This document shows positions 37,901 through 51,960 of a stretch of 64,000 bases of DNA, piece after piece (positions within the stretch are counted from its first letter, which is position 1; every line of letters begins with the position of its first letter). The translations under genes and the position numbers were made by a program. The stretch comes from Octopus sinensis. Lineage: Eukaryota. Location of the stretch: assembly GCF_006345805.1 (NCBI RefSeq), contig NC_043002.1:27466001-27530000 (forward strand). Direction: 5' to 3'. The notes under the pieces are model-generated. The model searched no databases and was not told the origin of the DNA. It was given only the letters and a program-made list of their open reading frames with translations.

Positions 37901-39651
37901 CTTATTTGGCCTGTTTATTGACAGCAGACGTAGTTTAATCAGCAATGTCGTTTTGAATAAAATCGCAGAACCAGAAACGATACACAAGTCCATGGCAATG
38001 GCTGTTCCATTAGATTGTTACGCTGAATACATTGCACCCTTTAACATTTGAACCTAACTGTATAAGTGCGCAGGTTGTGGTATGGTTAATAGCTTTTATT
38101 CATAACATGTGCATTCGATCTTACTTTGCAGCACTTAACGTGTCTTTTAGCATAGTTGCATGTATTCAGCTGACTGCTTTTCTGTAGTAAAACCGATAGA
38201 TACGCGCACACACTTCCGTCTGTGCAGGATGCTTATAAAAATATTGGTCCGAGTCCCAGGGGCAACCTTCGAAATTTTCTACCAAGAAAGTTATTTTTTT
38301 AACCCAATATTTATATGCTATTATTTATAGCTTTATCTGCTTCGATTTTCATCGTTCTCCATATGAACCATATATATGTGCGCGCAATTAATCTGTGTCG
38401 AACAAAAATACGAGATTTTTTAGTGTATCACCCAGGATGGGTGCCCCAGTATAGCACTGTCTAATAAATTAAAGCAAATAAATTACGCTTCAGAAAAATT
38501 TATCAATATCATGAGATAATTCAACTTTACCCCATTTCCTATGGAGGAGAATTCATAACATTTCAAGATTATCTTCCTGGATCTTCCAGACTATTGTGTA
38601 AAAGTATGGAGGGAAATAATTTTTATCCTCCAACGGTCACTTCCAACAGATCTGCAAATGTCGAATTGGAATTGTGAGATCCTTGTACTACAGATGAGTA
38701 TACAACACACCGACAGGACAAACCAATCTCGCGTTTGGCAGCTCCACAGAATAACTAAAGTTTGATGCGTCATTCAATTTCTTTGCTCATAATTTTTTGA
38801 ATAATACATATCATTTTCGAGCAATTTTACAGATACATTTTCGAAAGTGCATAATAAAGATTATATTGAAGAAATTTCTTTTAAAATTATCTTTTCTTTA
38901 ATTCTTTTACCCAGAAAGAAAACAGCACTATACTTTTAACAACTCAATAAATTGTATATATAATGATCAATGTACAATATAAATTGTACAATATAATATG
39001 AATTAATAGCATCCATTTTCACCATGAATATGCAGCGTACAATACAAAATATCATTTCCAAGGTTACACATAGCCTACAACGATACAATTGGAAAAATTT
39101 CAATATAATTTTTTTCAATCTCCGTAGTATTATGAAAGAAGTTCCAAACTATAGATAAACTCGTTCTCCAAATTATTCAGCTGTGTCATTAGCCCACCTG
39201 ATTGTGTTCAGCATTGTTCCGATATACCAAAACGAATTTCTTAACCACATGGCTATGTATGCTCTTATATACACAATCATACAGTTATACTTCTATTGCT
39301 AAATTTGATTTTAAATATTTGTCATCGTTATTTACATAGTAATTTTATAATTTCATTATTGTAACTTATCTGTTATCTACTTAAACCAACTTATCATAGA
39401 CACTTATTCTTAAATAAGAACTTGTATGGTTTAATTCCTATTTATTTACGTTAATGATTATATCTAGAACTGGAGATTAAAAGTTAATTAATTTACTACC
39501 TATTCCAATACAACTTTCTTTTTTTATGATGACTCTCCGAATTATATATAACGACTGCATCAAAATCCCTTACGTTGTCGCTTGCCAAGACAGATAATGG
39601 GAACTTACCTTAAAATACATCCCACCGTCTTGAGAAAATAAGAACACTTTA

Positions 39652-39735
<84 letters not shown>

Positions 39736-39751
39736 ATATATATGTATATAT

Positions 39752-40132
39752 ACTAGCAGTATCGCACGGCGTTGCTCGGGTTTGTAAGGGAAATAACTAT
39801 ATAAGCATTTTTAGAGAGTTATAGCCAAAAAATAGCAAAAAAATGCATTAAACATGGAAAAAAATTATGGTAATTTTTTTTTAATCGTTGACTCATTGTA
39901 GACATTTTTAGAGAGTTACTTCCCTTTAATATCGAAAAATGCATTAAAATGGAAAAAAATGATGGTAATTTTTATTTAATCGTAGACTCATCGTAGACGC
40001 GCGCTAATACCCAGAAGAGCTCGATATGAATCACGACTATATGATACCCGGTTTTGGTTAAACTGCACCGCGAAATGTGGGAGTAGTTAGGAATCTAAAT
40101 CGTAGGAGACAGACACACAACTTGACTTTTAT

Positions 40133-40135
<3 letters not shown>
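39752..40135 (+). mobile_element. Non-autonomous Helitron/Helentron-like element (Lep1/DINE-like) between TA tracts
   Basis: 5' actagcagtatcgcacggcgttgctcggg hairpin-like start, an internal ~95-bp tandem duplication, and a 3' gacagacac..acttttatatata end. Confidence 0.55.
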
Positions 40136-40165
<30 letters not shown>

Positions 40166-40409
40166 GAGTGCATGTATGTATTTATGTATATATGTGGGTG
40201 GAGCGGCTGTGTACATAAACACAAAATCGCTACCCTAGCCTAAAGCCAATGAAGGAACAATAGACATAAGTGAGAACTCCAACCATAACCTCATGCAACA
40301 CTTTACGAACAATATTACGTGTGTAACGTCAAAAGAAGTAGACCTCAATATCGAAGAATACATAGGGTTAAAGTTTAAATGACACAAACACAGAACACTT
40401 ACTTGACAG

Positions 40410-40610
40410 CAAGTATCGAGTATAGTATAGTCGAAGAACTCAAGATTGTGGTTTCGTGTTTCAGCTCCGTCGGTGTTCTTGAACAAAACACCTCATTTCA
40501 TATTCCTCCAGTCAAGTCGGCTGTAAATAGGCAGCCCTGTGACAAGCTGGTGCTGGAGTCTGATAGAATGTTGTCCTCCTCGCCAAGCCAGTGGATTAGC
40601 ATCATAAATA
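40410..40610 (+). mobile_element. Degenerate SINE family 3-like copy
   Basis: gtgttcttgaacaaaacac..tttcatattcctccagtcaagtcggctgtaaat. Confidence 0.45.
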
Positions 40611-43600
40611 TAATCGTATGTTAAATTAAAGTCATTATTTTAAAGATAATTTCAGAATAATAACGATCAATTTACCGATGATTTGATTCAATAATGAGAA
40701 CAGAGTCAACTTTATTATAGAGTTCAAACTCAAAGTGAGTGGGCTTCACGTGTCACCTTTTGTTTTCTTCAGCTAGTAAATAAATTGTCACCTTTCGACA
40801 TTTATACATAAGACGACAAGAATAAAAATCACATTAAAAGATAGAGTTGAATAGAAAGGTTTTATTTTTTTATTATATATTTCAGTAAAAGGAACTCCCA
40901 TTTTTATTTGAAGTAGCATTAAGATATAAAAGCAGATTAATATATTCTCTTCTCTCTCCGTAACTTTTCCTTTCATCTACCCCTTTAGCAGACGGGCATA
41001 TGAAAGAGAATGTTAAGAAGAAAGGGGAGAAAATGATAAAATTTTAACATTAAAATGAATATAACTCAGCATTCTGTTAAGAAAGAAACATTACAGTGGT
41101 CTATTTCGAGTAGCTAGTTAAATGGACTTTCTTTATTCTAATGAATATTAATACGTCAATTGGAATTTATTTGAATTCACACTTTTATAGAATTTTATAT
41201 AGCACACAGTAGAATTAACTATTACTTAATACCATAGTTTTATTGTATTTTGCGTTGTTTTTGAATTTTTCATAGATTCAAATATTTATATATTCTATAT
41301 ACTTAACATGACAGTTTTTAGGCTCCAACAGTCACGTTTCTTATACAGATTAATATTATTCCCTTTAGATTTACTTCTCGTTCGTGTCTGGTATCGGTTA
41401 TGTTTTTCCTACACTATTGGCTAGTATCCAAAATTTCTATAAACAGTGTCTTTCTGCTTTTTTCATTAAATCAGTTCATAATTAGTTTAGCGTTATGTAT
41501 TTTTACAATTTACATAATTTATTTCAGAGTTTCTTGCGGCTCTTATCAATTTGACAGTTCTTATATGCATACACAACCAAGCATAATTTTTCTTTCGCCA
41601 ACTGAATATTTTTTTGCGTAGACTTTCATCTATTGCCAATCACAAACGTGATTCTTATGGAAGATATTGTAAATATTCTTTTAGTAGGTCTTTTTTATCT
41701 ACTGACGTATATACATATTATTCATTTTTGTCTTTATTTTATATTTGCGTTGTGAATTTGCATTCATTCTCACACATTGCAATATTGAAAATGAAACCAT
41801 TTTGTACATAAATTCCAATTCGAAATTTGAAGACCTAGACCGGGTCCTTCAACATTTGGGTAATGGAAATTAAGACGTCATGCTCGTTATGATCAAGTTA
41901 TCTTTTGTTTGTATTTTTATGCAATGGAAACACCATGCCATGTCTAACGTTATTTTTTTTTTTTTTTGTGCGGCTAATAAAGTAATATTTCTATGTCCAA
42001 ATAAATTGTCAAAAGCGTTGATTCATGGTATCGATGTACCAAAAACTATTGAAACATACACACAGACACAAACACACTCACAGACATAAACACACGGACA
42101 GACAGAAACAAACATGCAATCATACACGTCCGTTACATATGGATATACATACTGATCGAATGGTTAAGAAGCTTGCTTTGCTATCATGAAACGTGTTATA
42201 CATACATACGCACGTACGTACATACATACATACATACATACATACATACATACATACATACATACATACATACATACATACATACATACATACATGACTC
42301 TTCCAATTTAGTGGATTGATTTCTTATATATTCCTATGCATATATATTTTTCTATATCTCGAAAGTGAACTTCGTCCGTTTTACGTCATTTGGCTTGTTT
42401 CTGCTTCTGTATGTATGTGTTTTTGTCTTTACCTCCCTCACACCTATCTAAGTTTTCTATCAATTGCATCTATCCCTTATTATTTTGAACCATTTCCGTG
42501 TTTTTCTCTCTCCGTATTTGACAAAAGTTGTTAGTTGGAACTATTAGCATCTTTTAACTTCCCAGACTCCATTTGTATATTATCTCGTCTTTTTCTTTTT
42601 CTTCTTCCTATTCTCTCTTCCCTTGTTTTCCCATTCTTTCTTTTTTACCTTCAACGGTTTCTTTTCTTTTATCCATTCCTACATCTCTCCCCGCCTCATA
42701 TTGAGCATATTTGTTTGCCATTGCTTATACTTTTTAATTTTCAGGATACCCATTCATTTTGTCTTAATTTTTAATTTACTTTTTTTAATTTTAACATTTT
42801 ACCAGTTACAACATATGAGTCATATAATTTTGAATTCTAAAATTACTTTTACCTTCAAGGTATTTATTGCACCTATCTCCAGAAATATAGACAATTTATG
42901 TTATTCAATTTTAAGTTCAATTTCCACTCACTTTTAACTTTTATGTTGTTCCGTGGCGGTCAATTATTTTTCGTTTTAACATATTCCCGTTAGTCAGAGA
43001 AAAAAAAACAGCGCTCAATTTCTGCCGAGATTCACTTCGGTTGTTGCCTATCCGTCTGAATTCAATAAAATCAGTTGAGTAAACCACGAACTGATTTGCT
43101 TATACTCACAAATTCTCCATTTTAGAAATGCATGGCTTGTGCCTACGTATAAAATCAATAGCAACAACATATGTTGTTTCTTCTGTAAGATTATAATATT
43201 ATAACACATAACAGGTGCAACTGTAATGCGATTACTGTATATTCATTTCGAGTTAATTCAAAATTAAATCTGTTTAAATAAACAACGAAAGAAGCATGAC
43301 AAAAAATATAAAAATGTAGGGTAGACATGATTGATAAAAGTAGTTTGTCTTCCTTTAGAATTTATGCTTTTGTATTTTCCAAATGCTTTAATATAAATAT
43401 GAAAACCTAAAAGAAATGAAGACGTCAAAAAAATAATAAAAAACGATAACAACGGCTTTAGCAATAATACTGACGTTACAATAGTTATAAGTGAATTGTA
43501 CCTCGAAATTGAAAATGAAAAACCAGCACAGGCAAAGATTTTCGTTTTAGTTTTTTAATGCCTTCTGTAGGTGGGACTGTTTATAGGCGTGTCCTCGATC

Positions 43601-43814
43601 TTTTCTGCCGTGGCCACTAAAATCTGGCTGACTTGAGAATCACAAGTAGAGATTGTTGGACCACAGAGATTTTGTTATTAACCTCGAAAGGAGGAAATAT
43701 AACGTTGGATTCTGCGGAATATAAAGAGCCAGAATAAATAGCGCTCTTTATGTTGTTCAAAGCTCTAACATATCTAATAATCCAACGTACTGCAGTTGCT
43801 TGATCATGAATTCC

Positions 43815-44560
43815 GACACAAGAACAGCCAACGAGAGAGAAGAAACCCTACTCCGTATGGAACTACATGGTCCATTCCACCGTGAAAGCAACAAATTAAT
43901 GACCAGGAAGCATCATGGGGGTGGTTCAAGGTGGGTGACCGAAAAAAGAATACTGAAAACCCGGGACCAGACATTGAATACCAACTCAGTTATAAAGAAT
44001 ATATACCACACCAGTGCGTCGGAGAATGTGTGGGAAGAGAGTCGAATGTGTGACTCACATTGTTAGTGCTTTTGAAAGACTTACGCAGAAAGAGTACAAG
44101 CGTAGACACGACAAAGTAGCCCCATACCTCTACTGGCGACTACGCCGAAAGTATGTATAGAAGCTTAGAGGTGCCTGGTATCAACATACAGCGGAAAAGG
44201 TAATAGACAAAAAGGGGAAGGGAAATATCCTTGGGACTTTGATTTTCAGATATATCATCATGAAAGAAACAGAAAAAGTTGATAAATATGGAAACCTGAG
44301 AAATGAGATTGCTAAAAGATGGCAGCTACGAGAGTCGACCATAGAAGTTAACCCTGTTGTTCAATACTAACCAATCTGAAAAAAGGCATCTGAAAAGCTT
44401 AGGGATATCCTACAATCTAGACGCATTGCAGAAGTCGGCATTACTTGGAACTACACGTATATTGTGTAACGTATTGTCTGTCTGAGGTCCTTGTTGTGAC
44501 TTGACAAACAGTACAAACCCCCGATAGACACAATATTTTTAGTCAACAACCTTACCATAT
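43815..44560 (+). mobile_element. RLE-type LINE 3' fragment, subfamily E, internally deleted
   Basis: LHGPF.., RDQTLNTN, ..THIVSA..LTQKEYKRRHDKV, KYGNLRNEIAKRW and LQKSALLGTTRIL..VLSV* motifs. Confidence 0.75.
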
Positions 44561-44585
44561 TGGATACTGTACGAATAATTATTAT

Positions 44586-45134
44586 TGAGTGAGAGAGCTG
44601 TGCATGCCATCAAAGTGACACTGGGGTTAAATATACGAAGCCCAGTATACCCATCATGACTACCCGTCTGATTAGGGTACACCAGGCACATGCATCACAA
44701 CCATATGTGCGTGACATGGTGATCTCATATCAAGATAAACAGCGCATGATCTTGTAGGTTGGGCTCAGTTAGAATTTTCTTCTGGTCGAGTGGCCCAAAA
44801 GGTCCCTGAATAAGGATTGTTGAAGGATGGTGAACGAACCACCCATGTTTCCAACGGTGAATTATCCAAACCTATAAGAATTCCTATCAACATATGGCTA
44901 TGATGCTCCCCCACTACTTCTGCTCAGGATCAGAGATGCACATATTGTCAGCCACTAAGAGACATGGTCAACTGGTTAAGATCAAACAACTGACAAGCAA
45001 ACCTGTGGTATTGAGCAGAATATTTGCTGTAGCCCATCTTTTATACCAAGACAAAGCAATCTACATGATAATACTTCCAATCAGTTAAGATCAGAAGCCA
45101 TGAGTGCCACTGTCTGGTACTTCATCTGGGAATT
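44586..45134. mobile_element. Unclassified ~550-bp (ATT)n-flanked repeat, copy 2
   Basis: See 29036-29593. Confidence 0.85.
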
Positions 45135-45149
45135 TATTATTATTATTAT

Positions 45150-46185
45150 TCAGTAGCTTTATTTTTATAGCGTGTTTTCACTTCACTACCGAGCGCAGCT
45201 CTGTGTGCCTTGGGTATGTGCTGTGATTTGTTGTGATGCTCTGATGGTTATTGTATGGAAAGTGTTCTGCGTAGGATGTGTGCATTGCCTAGTAGTGCAA
45301 TTTTCTGTATGTTATATGTGTTTTTGTTATGTATTTGTCTGAATATTTTTTTATCATGCCTAATGCACCTACTATGATAGGAATTGTTTCTGTTTTCAGG
45401 TTCCACATTCTAGTTACCTCTATTTCCAGGTCTTTGTATTTTGAGAGTTTCTCCATTTCTTTTAGAGACACGTTGTCATCTGCCGGTATTGATACATCAA
45501 TTAGAAAGCATTTTTTTTCTTCATGATCTCTGACAACTATATCTGGTCTGTTGGCCTTAATTTCTCTATCTGTGTGTATCGGCATATCCCAGAGAATGGT
45601 TGCTTTCTCGTTTTCTGTGACCTTTTCTGGTGTGTGCCTATACCATCTTTTTTCTGTTGTTATTCCATAATGTTGGCATAGCTTCCAATGTATGTAGGTT
45701 CCAACTCTGTCATGTCTGTGAATATATTCCTTCTTAGCCAGGACTGGGCAGCTAGAGATAATATGATTTATTGTTTCTTGTCCATCTCCACATATTCTGC
45801 AGTTACTTGTAATATTTCTTTTCATTACATGTTTTTGGTAATTTCTGGTGGGGAGGCTTTGGTCTTGTGCTGCAATTAAAAATCCCTCTGTTTCTGCTTT
45901 GAGTCCTGAGCTTCTCAACCATTGCTGGGATTTTTGTTTGTCTATTTCTTTTGCGTTTAGTTTAGTGCAGTATTTACCATGAAGGGGCTTTTCTTGCCAT
46001 CGTTTTATCATGGCTCGTTGCTGTTCTATTTTTAGTTTGGATTTCATTTGTTTTATAGCTTTTGTTGTTTCTTCATCATCTTCTTCTTCTTCTTTGTGTT
46101 TATTAGGTGGTATGATTTCTTGTTTGTATTTGTCAGCTTTCTTAAATACTGAGAACAGTTTTTTGTTTTGCTCGTGTTTTGCTAT
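45150..46185 (-). mobile_element. RLE-type (R4/Dong-like) LINE 3' part, subfamily B, with well-preserved CCHC and PD-(D/E)xK domain
   Basis: About 290 stop-free codons: KPLHGKY, AAQDQSLPT, CRIC..ETINHIISSC, RHDRV, ILWD, RPDIVV..LIDVSIP..KEMEKLSKYKDL. The true C-terminus (IQKIALLGNAHILRRTLSIQ*) is frameshifted. (ATT)n lies on both sides. Confidence 0.92.
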
Positions 46186-46193
46186 TATTATTA

Positions 46194-46235
<42 letters not shown>

Positions 46236-46240
46236 CATTA

Positions 46241-46320
46241 TTATTTCCTCTTTGCACAGCATCTAACGCTGGAGATATACGACGGTGGTAGCTGTTCACT
46301 ACCAGTAAGCTAAGGTAACA
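46241..46320 (-). mobile_element. RLE-type LINE 3' terminus, subfamily C (80 bp)
   Basis: Matches 10190-10270 and 32070-32150. Confidence 0.7.
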
Positions 46321-47260
46321 TAATGAATCAAAAGTTTGGGCAGCAGCACGCGGTCTGAATGATTTTCGTGGCACATCAAGCTGGTGTTACAGATTTATGA
46401 ACCGGCACGGACTGGCAATGAGAATGAAAACAAAAATAGCACAAAAGTAAATAACAAAATAATTGAATTTCACAGGTTCCTAATCAGTGCAAGAAAAGAG
46501 ACTGACTACAGACTGAGTCAGATCGGAAATATGCCTAAGGTGTCACTAACATTCGATGTCGTATTTGTCGTATTAAATGAAACAATGTATGTTAAAGGGT
46601 CCTAAACTGTACGTATAAAGATATCATTTGGATATGAGAAAACACATTATACTGCGGTACTATCTTGTGCTGATGGAACAAAACTGCCACCGCTGCTTGT
46701 TTTCTAGAGGAAAACTTTACCAAAGGACGAAACTCCACGTGTAATTTTTGTTCAAGTCCACCCAAAGGGGTAGACGGATGAAGGAGGAGTGGTGTTATGG
46801 ACAGATAAGGTCTGGCCAAGGCGTTCCGGTGACCGCTTTAAAAGACCATCCCTTCTTGTGCGGGACCAGTTTCGTGTCCACAAAACAAATGTTATTAAAG
46901 AAAGGGTGCAGAAATTGAAAACGGAAATGGCGGTGACACCTGGAGTTTTAACAAGCCAATTACAACCAGTGGATGTATCAATCAACAAGCCTTTTAAGAC
47001 ATTTATGAAACAAGGGTAGAATCCGTGGATGAGAGCCTAAGATCATGACTTAACACTAACAGACCATTTGTAAAGGCCATCAATTGCTCAGGTGTGCAAG
47101 TGGGTTTTGAAATCATGGAACGCTGTGAAAATTGAAGTAGTACTAAGATCTTTTTAAAATGTGGCATCAGTAATGCATTAGATGGCACAGAAGATGACAT
47201 TCTGTTTGAAGATAGTGACACTTCGGCCAGTACTGACGACCCTGATGGTTTCTGGTTTTG
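46321..47260 (+). mobile_element. pogo-family (DDE_1/CENP-B type) transposase relic
   Basis: ..SSWCYRFMNRHG.., EFHRF..LSQIGNM, EKTHYTAVLSCADGTKLPPL, SLLVRDQFRVH, LTSQLQPVDVSINKPFK, KCGISNALDGTEDD. Confidence 0.9.
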
Positions 47261-48232
47261 GGTCTATGAATTACTGCAGTCAGTTTTCAGAATTTGTTCC
47301 TGAAACTCATACGTTTAATATTTACACTTTTTAATCTTTTTTTCCATTGTAATTTAATTGTAACCTTTGTTTTGTTATGTCCGTTAGAAATTTTTACAAA
47401 TGGTAATAACGTGAGATATTTTCAGGATTTGAAGATTAAAATATGTTTTCTGATTTGTAATATTTCAACTGTGCAGATTTGAATATGTTTTGTTTTCATT
47501 TTGTTCTATTTGATGTTATGTTTGTGTGGTACTTCTATAAATGGTTACAAGAAGAAAAATATTTTCAGGATTTTATGATTGAAATGTCTATTGTTGTGAA
47601 GATGTTATTGTAATCTTTATTTTATTTCTATTTTATTCTCTTGGGGATGTCATGTTCATGTGGTATTTTTAAAAAATGTAACTGTTCAATAAAATGTTAT
47701 TCCGTATTTCTCAATAATTTTGCTATTGTGAAGTTTAGTTTTTCTTTTGTTTGGAATTAAAAACAAGTATTGCAAAAGCCTACATCCAATACTACTAAAA
47801 TCTTATAATACTGCACCAGCTGCAGCCCCGTCCAATTGCATGAACTGAGACACAATTTTGGCCAAAAATCTTCCCGACGAAACACATGAAGATAAAAATC
47901 ACTGCTGAACCGAGCAGTGAGCAGTCGAACTGGAGTATTGTAGTGCAGGAGTGGATCCAGAAATTTCTGGTGAGGGCTGGATCTGAGGTCTCATTCATTG
48001 TAATTGTTCAATGAAACGATACTGAATAAAAAATAATTATAATAATAATAATAATAATATAATAATAATAATAATAATAATAAAACATTCTCTAGAACAA
48101 CACTATGTTGAAAACTAAATATATGGCACCCTAGGCACAACACCAACATGAATTTCCAGCTTGTTGTCTGTTGAGGTCTCTGGGTGAGACTTGGAGCCAA
48201 CTTGTACAAATGTAAAGCAAAAGTCAAACATA

Positions 48233-48372
48233 GAAGAAGAAGAAGAAGAAGAAGAAGAAGAAGAAGAAGAAGAAGAAGAAGAAGAAGAAAAGAAGAAGAA
48301 GAAGAAGAAGAAGAAGAAGAAGAAGAAGAAGAAGAAGAAGAAGAAGAAGAAGAAGAAGAAGAAGAAGAAGAA
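48233..48372. repeat. (GAA)n microsatellite
   Basis: Directly visible. Confidence 0.95.
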
Positions 48373-50399
48373 AATCGGTTTCTTTTAATCACAAATAGAT
48401 TGCACATAAAATTCAGTACAATGAACGTCAAAAACATGTTGGGTAAGACAAACAATGTGATAGACATATAACAGAGAGAGAGCGCTAAATCAGAATTTGG
48501 ATAATGACGTAGAATAAACGTACACGAAAACATGCCATACGTAATCAAGGTGTATTTTAATACATGGTTGGATATTAACAGTCGTTTTATTGTATATCTT
48601 TAACCCCTCCTACATCATCTTTTGTAAATATTAACTTTCGAACTTGGAAAGACATATGTGGTGGTCATCTCTCCGCTCTTCAGTAGCGCCAATAGAGACT
48701 CCATGACAATTTTTTACTGTACAGAGATTCTTAGTCTTTTGAGCCTGCTTCTTTTGAAACGCATACTTCTTATATTTGAAGACTTTCCTTTTCTCTTATA
48801 TCTTCATTGGTGGTTTCTCCTTCTCGCTCCTTCTTCTCGCTCTCTTCACGAGAGTGGTACAACCGATTCTTAAAATAAGACAACGTCATGTCTTATCGAT
48901 AGTGTCGACAACAAAACCGTGAGAAAACCTCTCAGCTATCTCTGATTCTATAACTGTAAATTCTCTGGAGATTTGTAACTACAGTTGGGATGTATTTCAC
49001 CGATTTCTATTGTCGTACCTTTCTTCAGTTCTTCAAGAAAAAAATACGCCTCAGATGGGTCTTGCTACAAATCTAAATTTCAATGGATTGTTGTCCGCTG
49101 TGATTTCCTTCATTTCTGTTCTTTCAACTGAGCACGGCCTTGTCATGATCCTAATGGAAATTAATGACTGGTATTTCTACGTCATTCCTTGTCAGTTACA
49201 CCACAAATCACCAGAGAATCATAATCATACTTGTATTATGCTACATAATGTACTTCAGCAGAAACCTCTGAGATGGTGCTACACATGCCTTGTACCAGGT
49301 CTTGAAGAATATACAGGTGGTAAAATTTCATCTTCTTTGTGAACAAGATATTATACAATACATAAGCCAGGGCTTCTTTACCCATTCCTTCGAGGCCTCG
49401 CAGCCCTAACCCTTCAAGAGACAAAGGCAGGTTACTTTCTCCCCTTGCAAGCTCACGGATAAATGTTTTCAAGGTAAAAGATGGAATCATTATGGATACA
49501 TCTCTGCTGCTGGACCGTTTAAGATGGAGTTTTGTGTATATCAAAAAAGTATTACGCTAGAGACAGTCAAAGTGAAGCTGATTGCATGGGTAATTTTCTT
49601 GTTCAGTGTGGTTTTAAGTTGTTATTGTTGACGATGCTTTGTAGTCGTTACTGTTGCTGATGATGTTGTTGTTCTTGTTGAGAAGACGCAGAGGAGGTTT
49701 GAAGACAGCCTGTTATGAGCGACGTGAATAGATTTTAAAATCTTGGTAACAAGTGTGCGTGCTTGTGAGCGTTGTTTCTTTTGTGTAGTGAGTCTTTCAT
49801 ATAGCTAACATACCTGCTAAGAATTCTGAAATTAGCTTTTACTTTTTAAGCTAATATTTTATTTAATAATGGCTTTATTTACTTTCGTTTTCTGCTACTA
49901 TGTATTTTTCGTGCAAAAATCAAAGTTTTCGCCTGCTTTAGGGCATGGTTTTGTTGAGATGAACTGTTTTTTTTTAATGCATACAACAAAATGTAAATAT
50001 TTAGAAATATCTCTGTGGTTCGTTTAATAAGCGAGAAAATTACTGAGATTAACGTCCAGTGTTCTCTTAATTCTTAATGTAAGAAATATATTTAAAGGAG
50101 AAATATCTCGGACGTAAATTTAAGAACACAAATACAAAACAATATAGGAACAGAGAAGAAACATTAGCCATGAAAATATTCTGTATGTAAGTCACTAAGG
50201 CAGTCTCAGCATTTACAAAACAAATAAATAACACAACGCACGAAACCTGTGAAAACCAAAAGAATACTATACAATAAAAACTGAACCAGAACAGTACAAA
50301 TAAAAGTATTTATAAAATAGAATATTCGGAAAATATAAGGAAATATATATTTTAAGAGGTGGAATCAAAAAATAAGAATTAAGAAAGAAGAAAGCAATA

Positions 50400-51060
50400 G
50401 ATATTCCTACATACTATCAAAGAACATCATAGTTTTATAAAAGAGAAACAACTTAAAAAGTGCAAAACTGAACATCATGGATTTGAGGGAAACAAACACA
50501 ATTATTAAAATCATCAATTCAAGTGAAATAATATATGAAGGAGCAGCTGCGGTTTCAAAAAGAAAATGGGGACTCGAATAGAAATAAGAATGTCAAAAAC
50601 ACAGCATGAAAAATAAACCTACTGAAAAATATCTCTGAATTAGATATCAAACTACACAACTGAAAGAATGAAGTAGATACGAATACTACAGAAAAATAAC
50701 ATACCAAAAATTGAAAATCCTGAATAGGAGAAGGCAGTAATTAAACCGTGATGAATCTGGTGGTATAAAAACTGACAACAATTCATCATAAAAAACAGAG
50801 AGATCGACTCAACTCAAACGATTTCTTCAACACCTTTGTAGGAATGTAAAAATAAAACAGAAATAAATTCAACACCAACAGCAAGAGAAGCAGAAGAAAG
50901 TAGGAGAGGAAAGATGTTATTTCTGAGGAAATTCTGGAGATCAATGGACACAATCATTAAACAACTGGACAAAGTAGTTTTTCAACTCCAGCGCAAAAGA
51001 ATGTAGATTACCAGGATATGTAAAAACCCCAAAATACCTTAATGCTCCCACACCCCAAAA
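50400..51060 (+). mobile_element. Possible very decayed N-terminal/middle part of an RLE-type LINE ORF
   Basis: Weak blocks only (IIYEGAAAVSK.., ..KFWRSM.., ..PGY.K..). Many stops. Confidence 0.3.
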
Positions 51061-51329
51061 AAGAACATAATTTAATATACAGCTCCATAGTCTATATTTG
51101 TAATCCTACAGAGCTGTAACTCTAGAAATAACTTAGAGTTAGAAAGCGTAAGGTTACATGTTTCTAGAAAAGCAGAATGGAAGCTGCAAAGCTTATTTAT
51201 CTATAACGATCAATCAGAGATTGATACTAAGCGAAAATTGTTGGAGAAAGAAACGTCTGAACATGGCATGGATTGAATACCAAAATACTTTCAAAGGTGT
51301 TTATCACACATGGACCCGATCAACACAGT

Positions 51330-51760
51330 ATGATTAAACAACAAACAATTCACCTGACACAGACAAATAGTGGTATTTAAAAAATTACCCTATTTTCATT
51401 CTAGGAGAAATATACCAGCAGCCTTCACTTTTCCGACCTATGTTCCTGAGTGATGCTGAAATTTTAACTAACATATTACACCTGACTGGACAATGATATC
51501 AATAAGACAAATCAAAGATCTGTTGTACAAGGATAGACTTATAACTGGGACGGCCAAAGTGTTGATACCTATTATCTTGCTTTTCGCATTGAGCTGTTTT
51601 CAGTATTAATTTAACTCGTCTATAGTATTATTTTTTTTTATTTTATCTTTCATTTGTGCGTGTTGTACCGTATTTAGTTCATTGATATCTAAATATTTGT
51701 ACGTCTGGCTTTGGTCTAATTCTTTTATTTTATTTGCTTTATCTAGTGTGATGTAGAGCA
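51330..51760 (-). mobile_element. RLE-type LINE post-RT fragment
   Basis: Minus: IKELDQSQTYKYLDINE..QHAQMKDKI..YYRRVKLILK resembles the YKYLG..QH..MKEKI..EY.RRV block. Confidence 0.6.
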
Positions 51761-51860
51761 ACTAGAAACATTAGTGTAGACTAAACACAAATTCACGAGT
51801 GGAATTGATACTAAATTCAGATTTTAAAAAGCACCAAGACAACCTTAGAGGAAGGAATAC

Positions 51861-51897
<37 letters not shown>

Positions 51898-51916
51898 AAT
51901 AATAATAATAATAATA

Positions 51917-51960
<44 letters not shown>

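Noticed and set aside
38530-38780. Possible exon
   Set aside because: All frames close quickly, with no recognisable protein or convincing splice pair.
42300-42960. Purine-rich minus-strand LINE relic
   Set aside because: The composition is suggestive, but no diagnostic motif was recovered.
48540-49560. Decayed coding or retroelement region
   Set aside because: Only a faint ILW.FVV.TD-like hint, without the expected neighbouring motifs, so it cannot be assigned.
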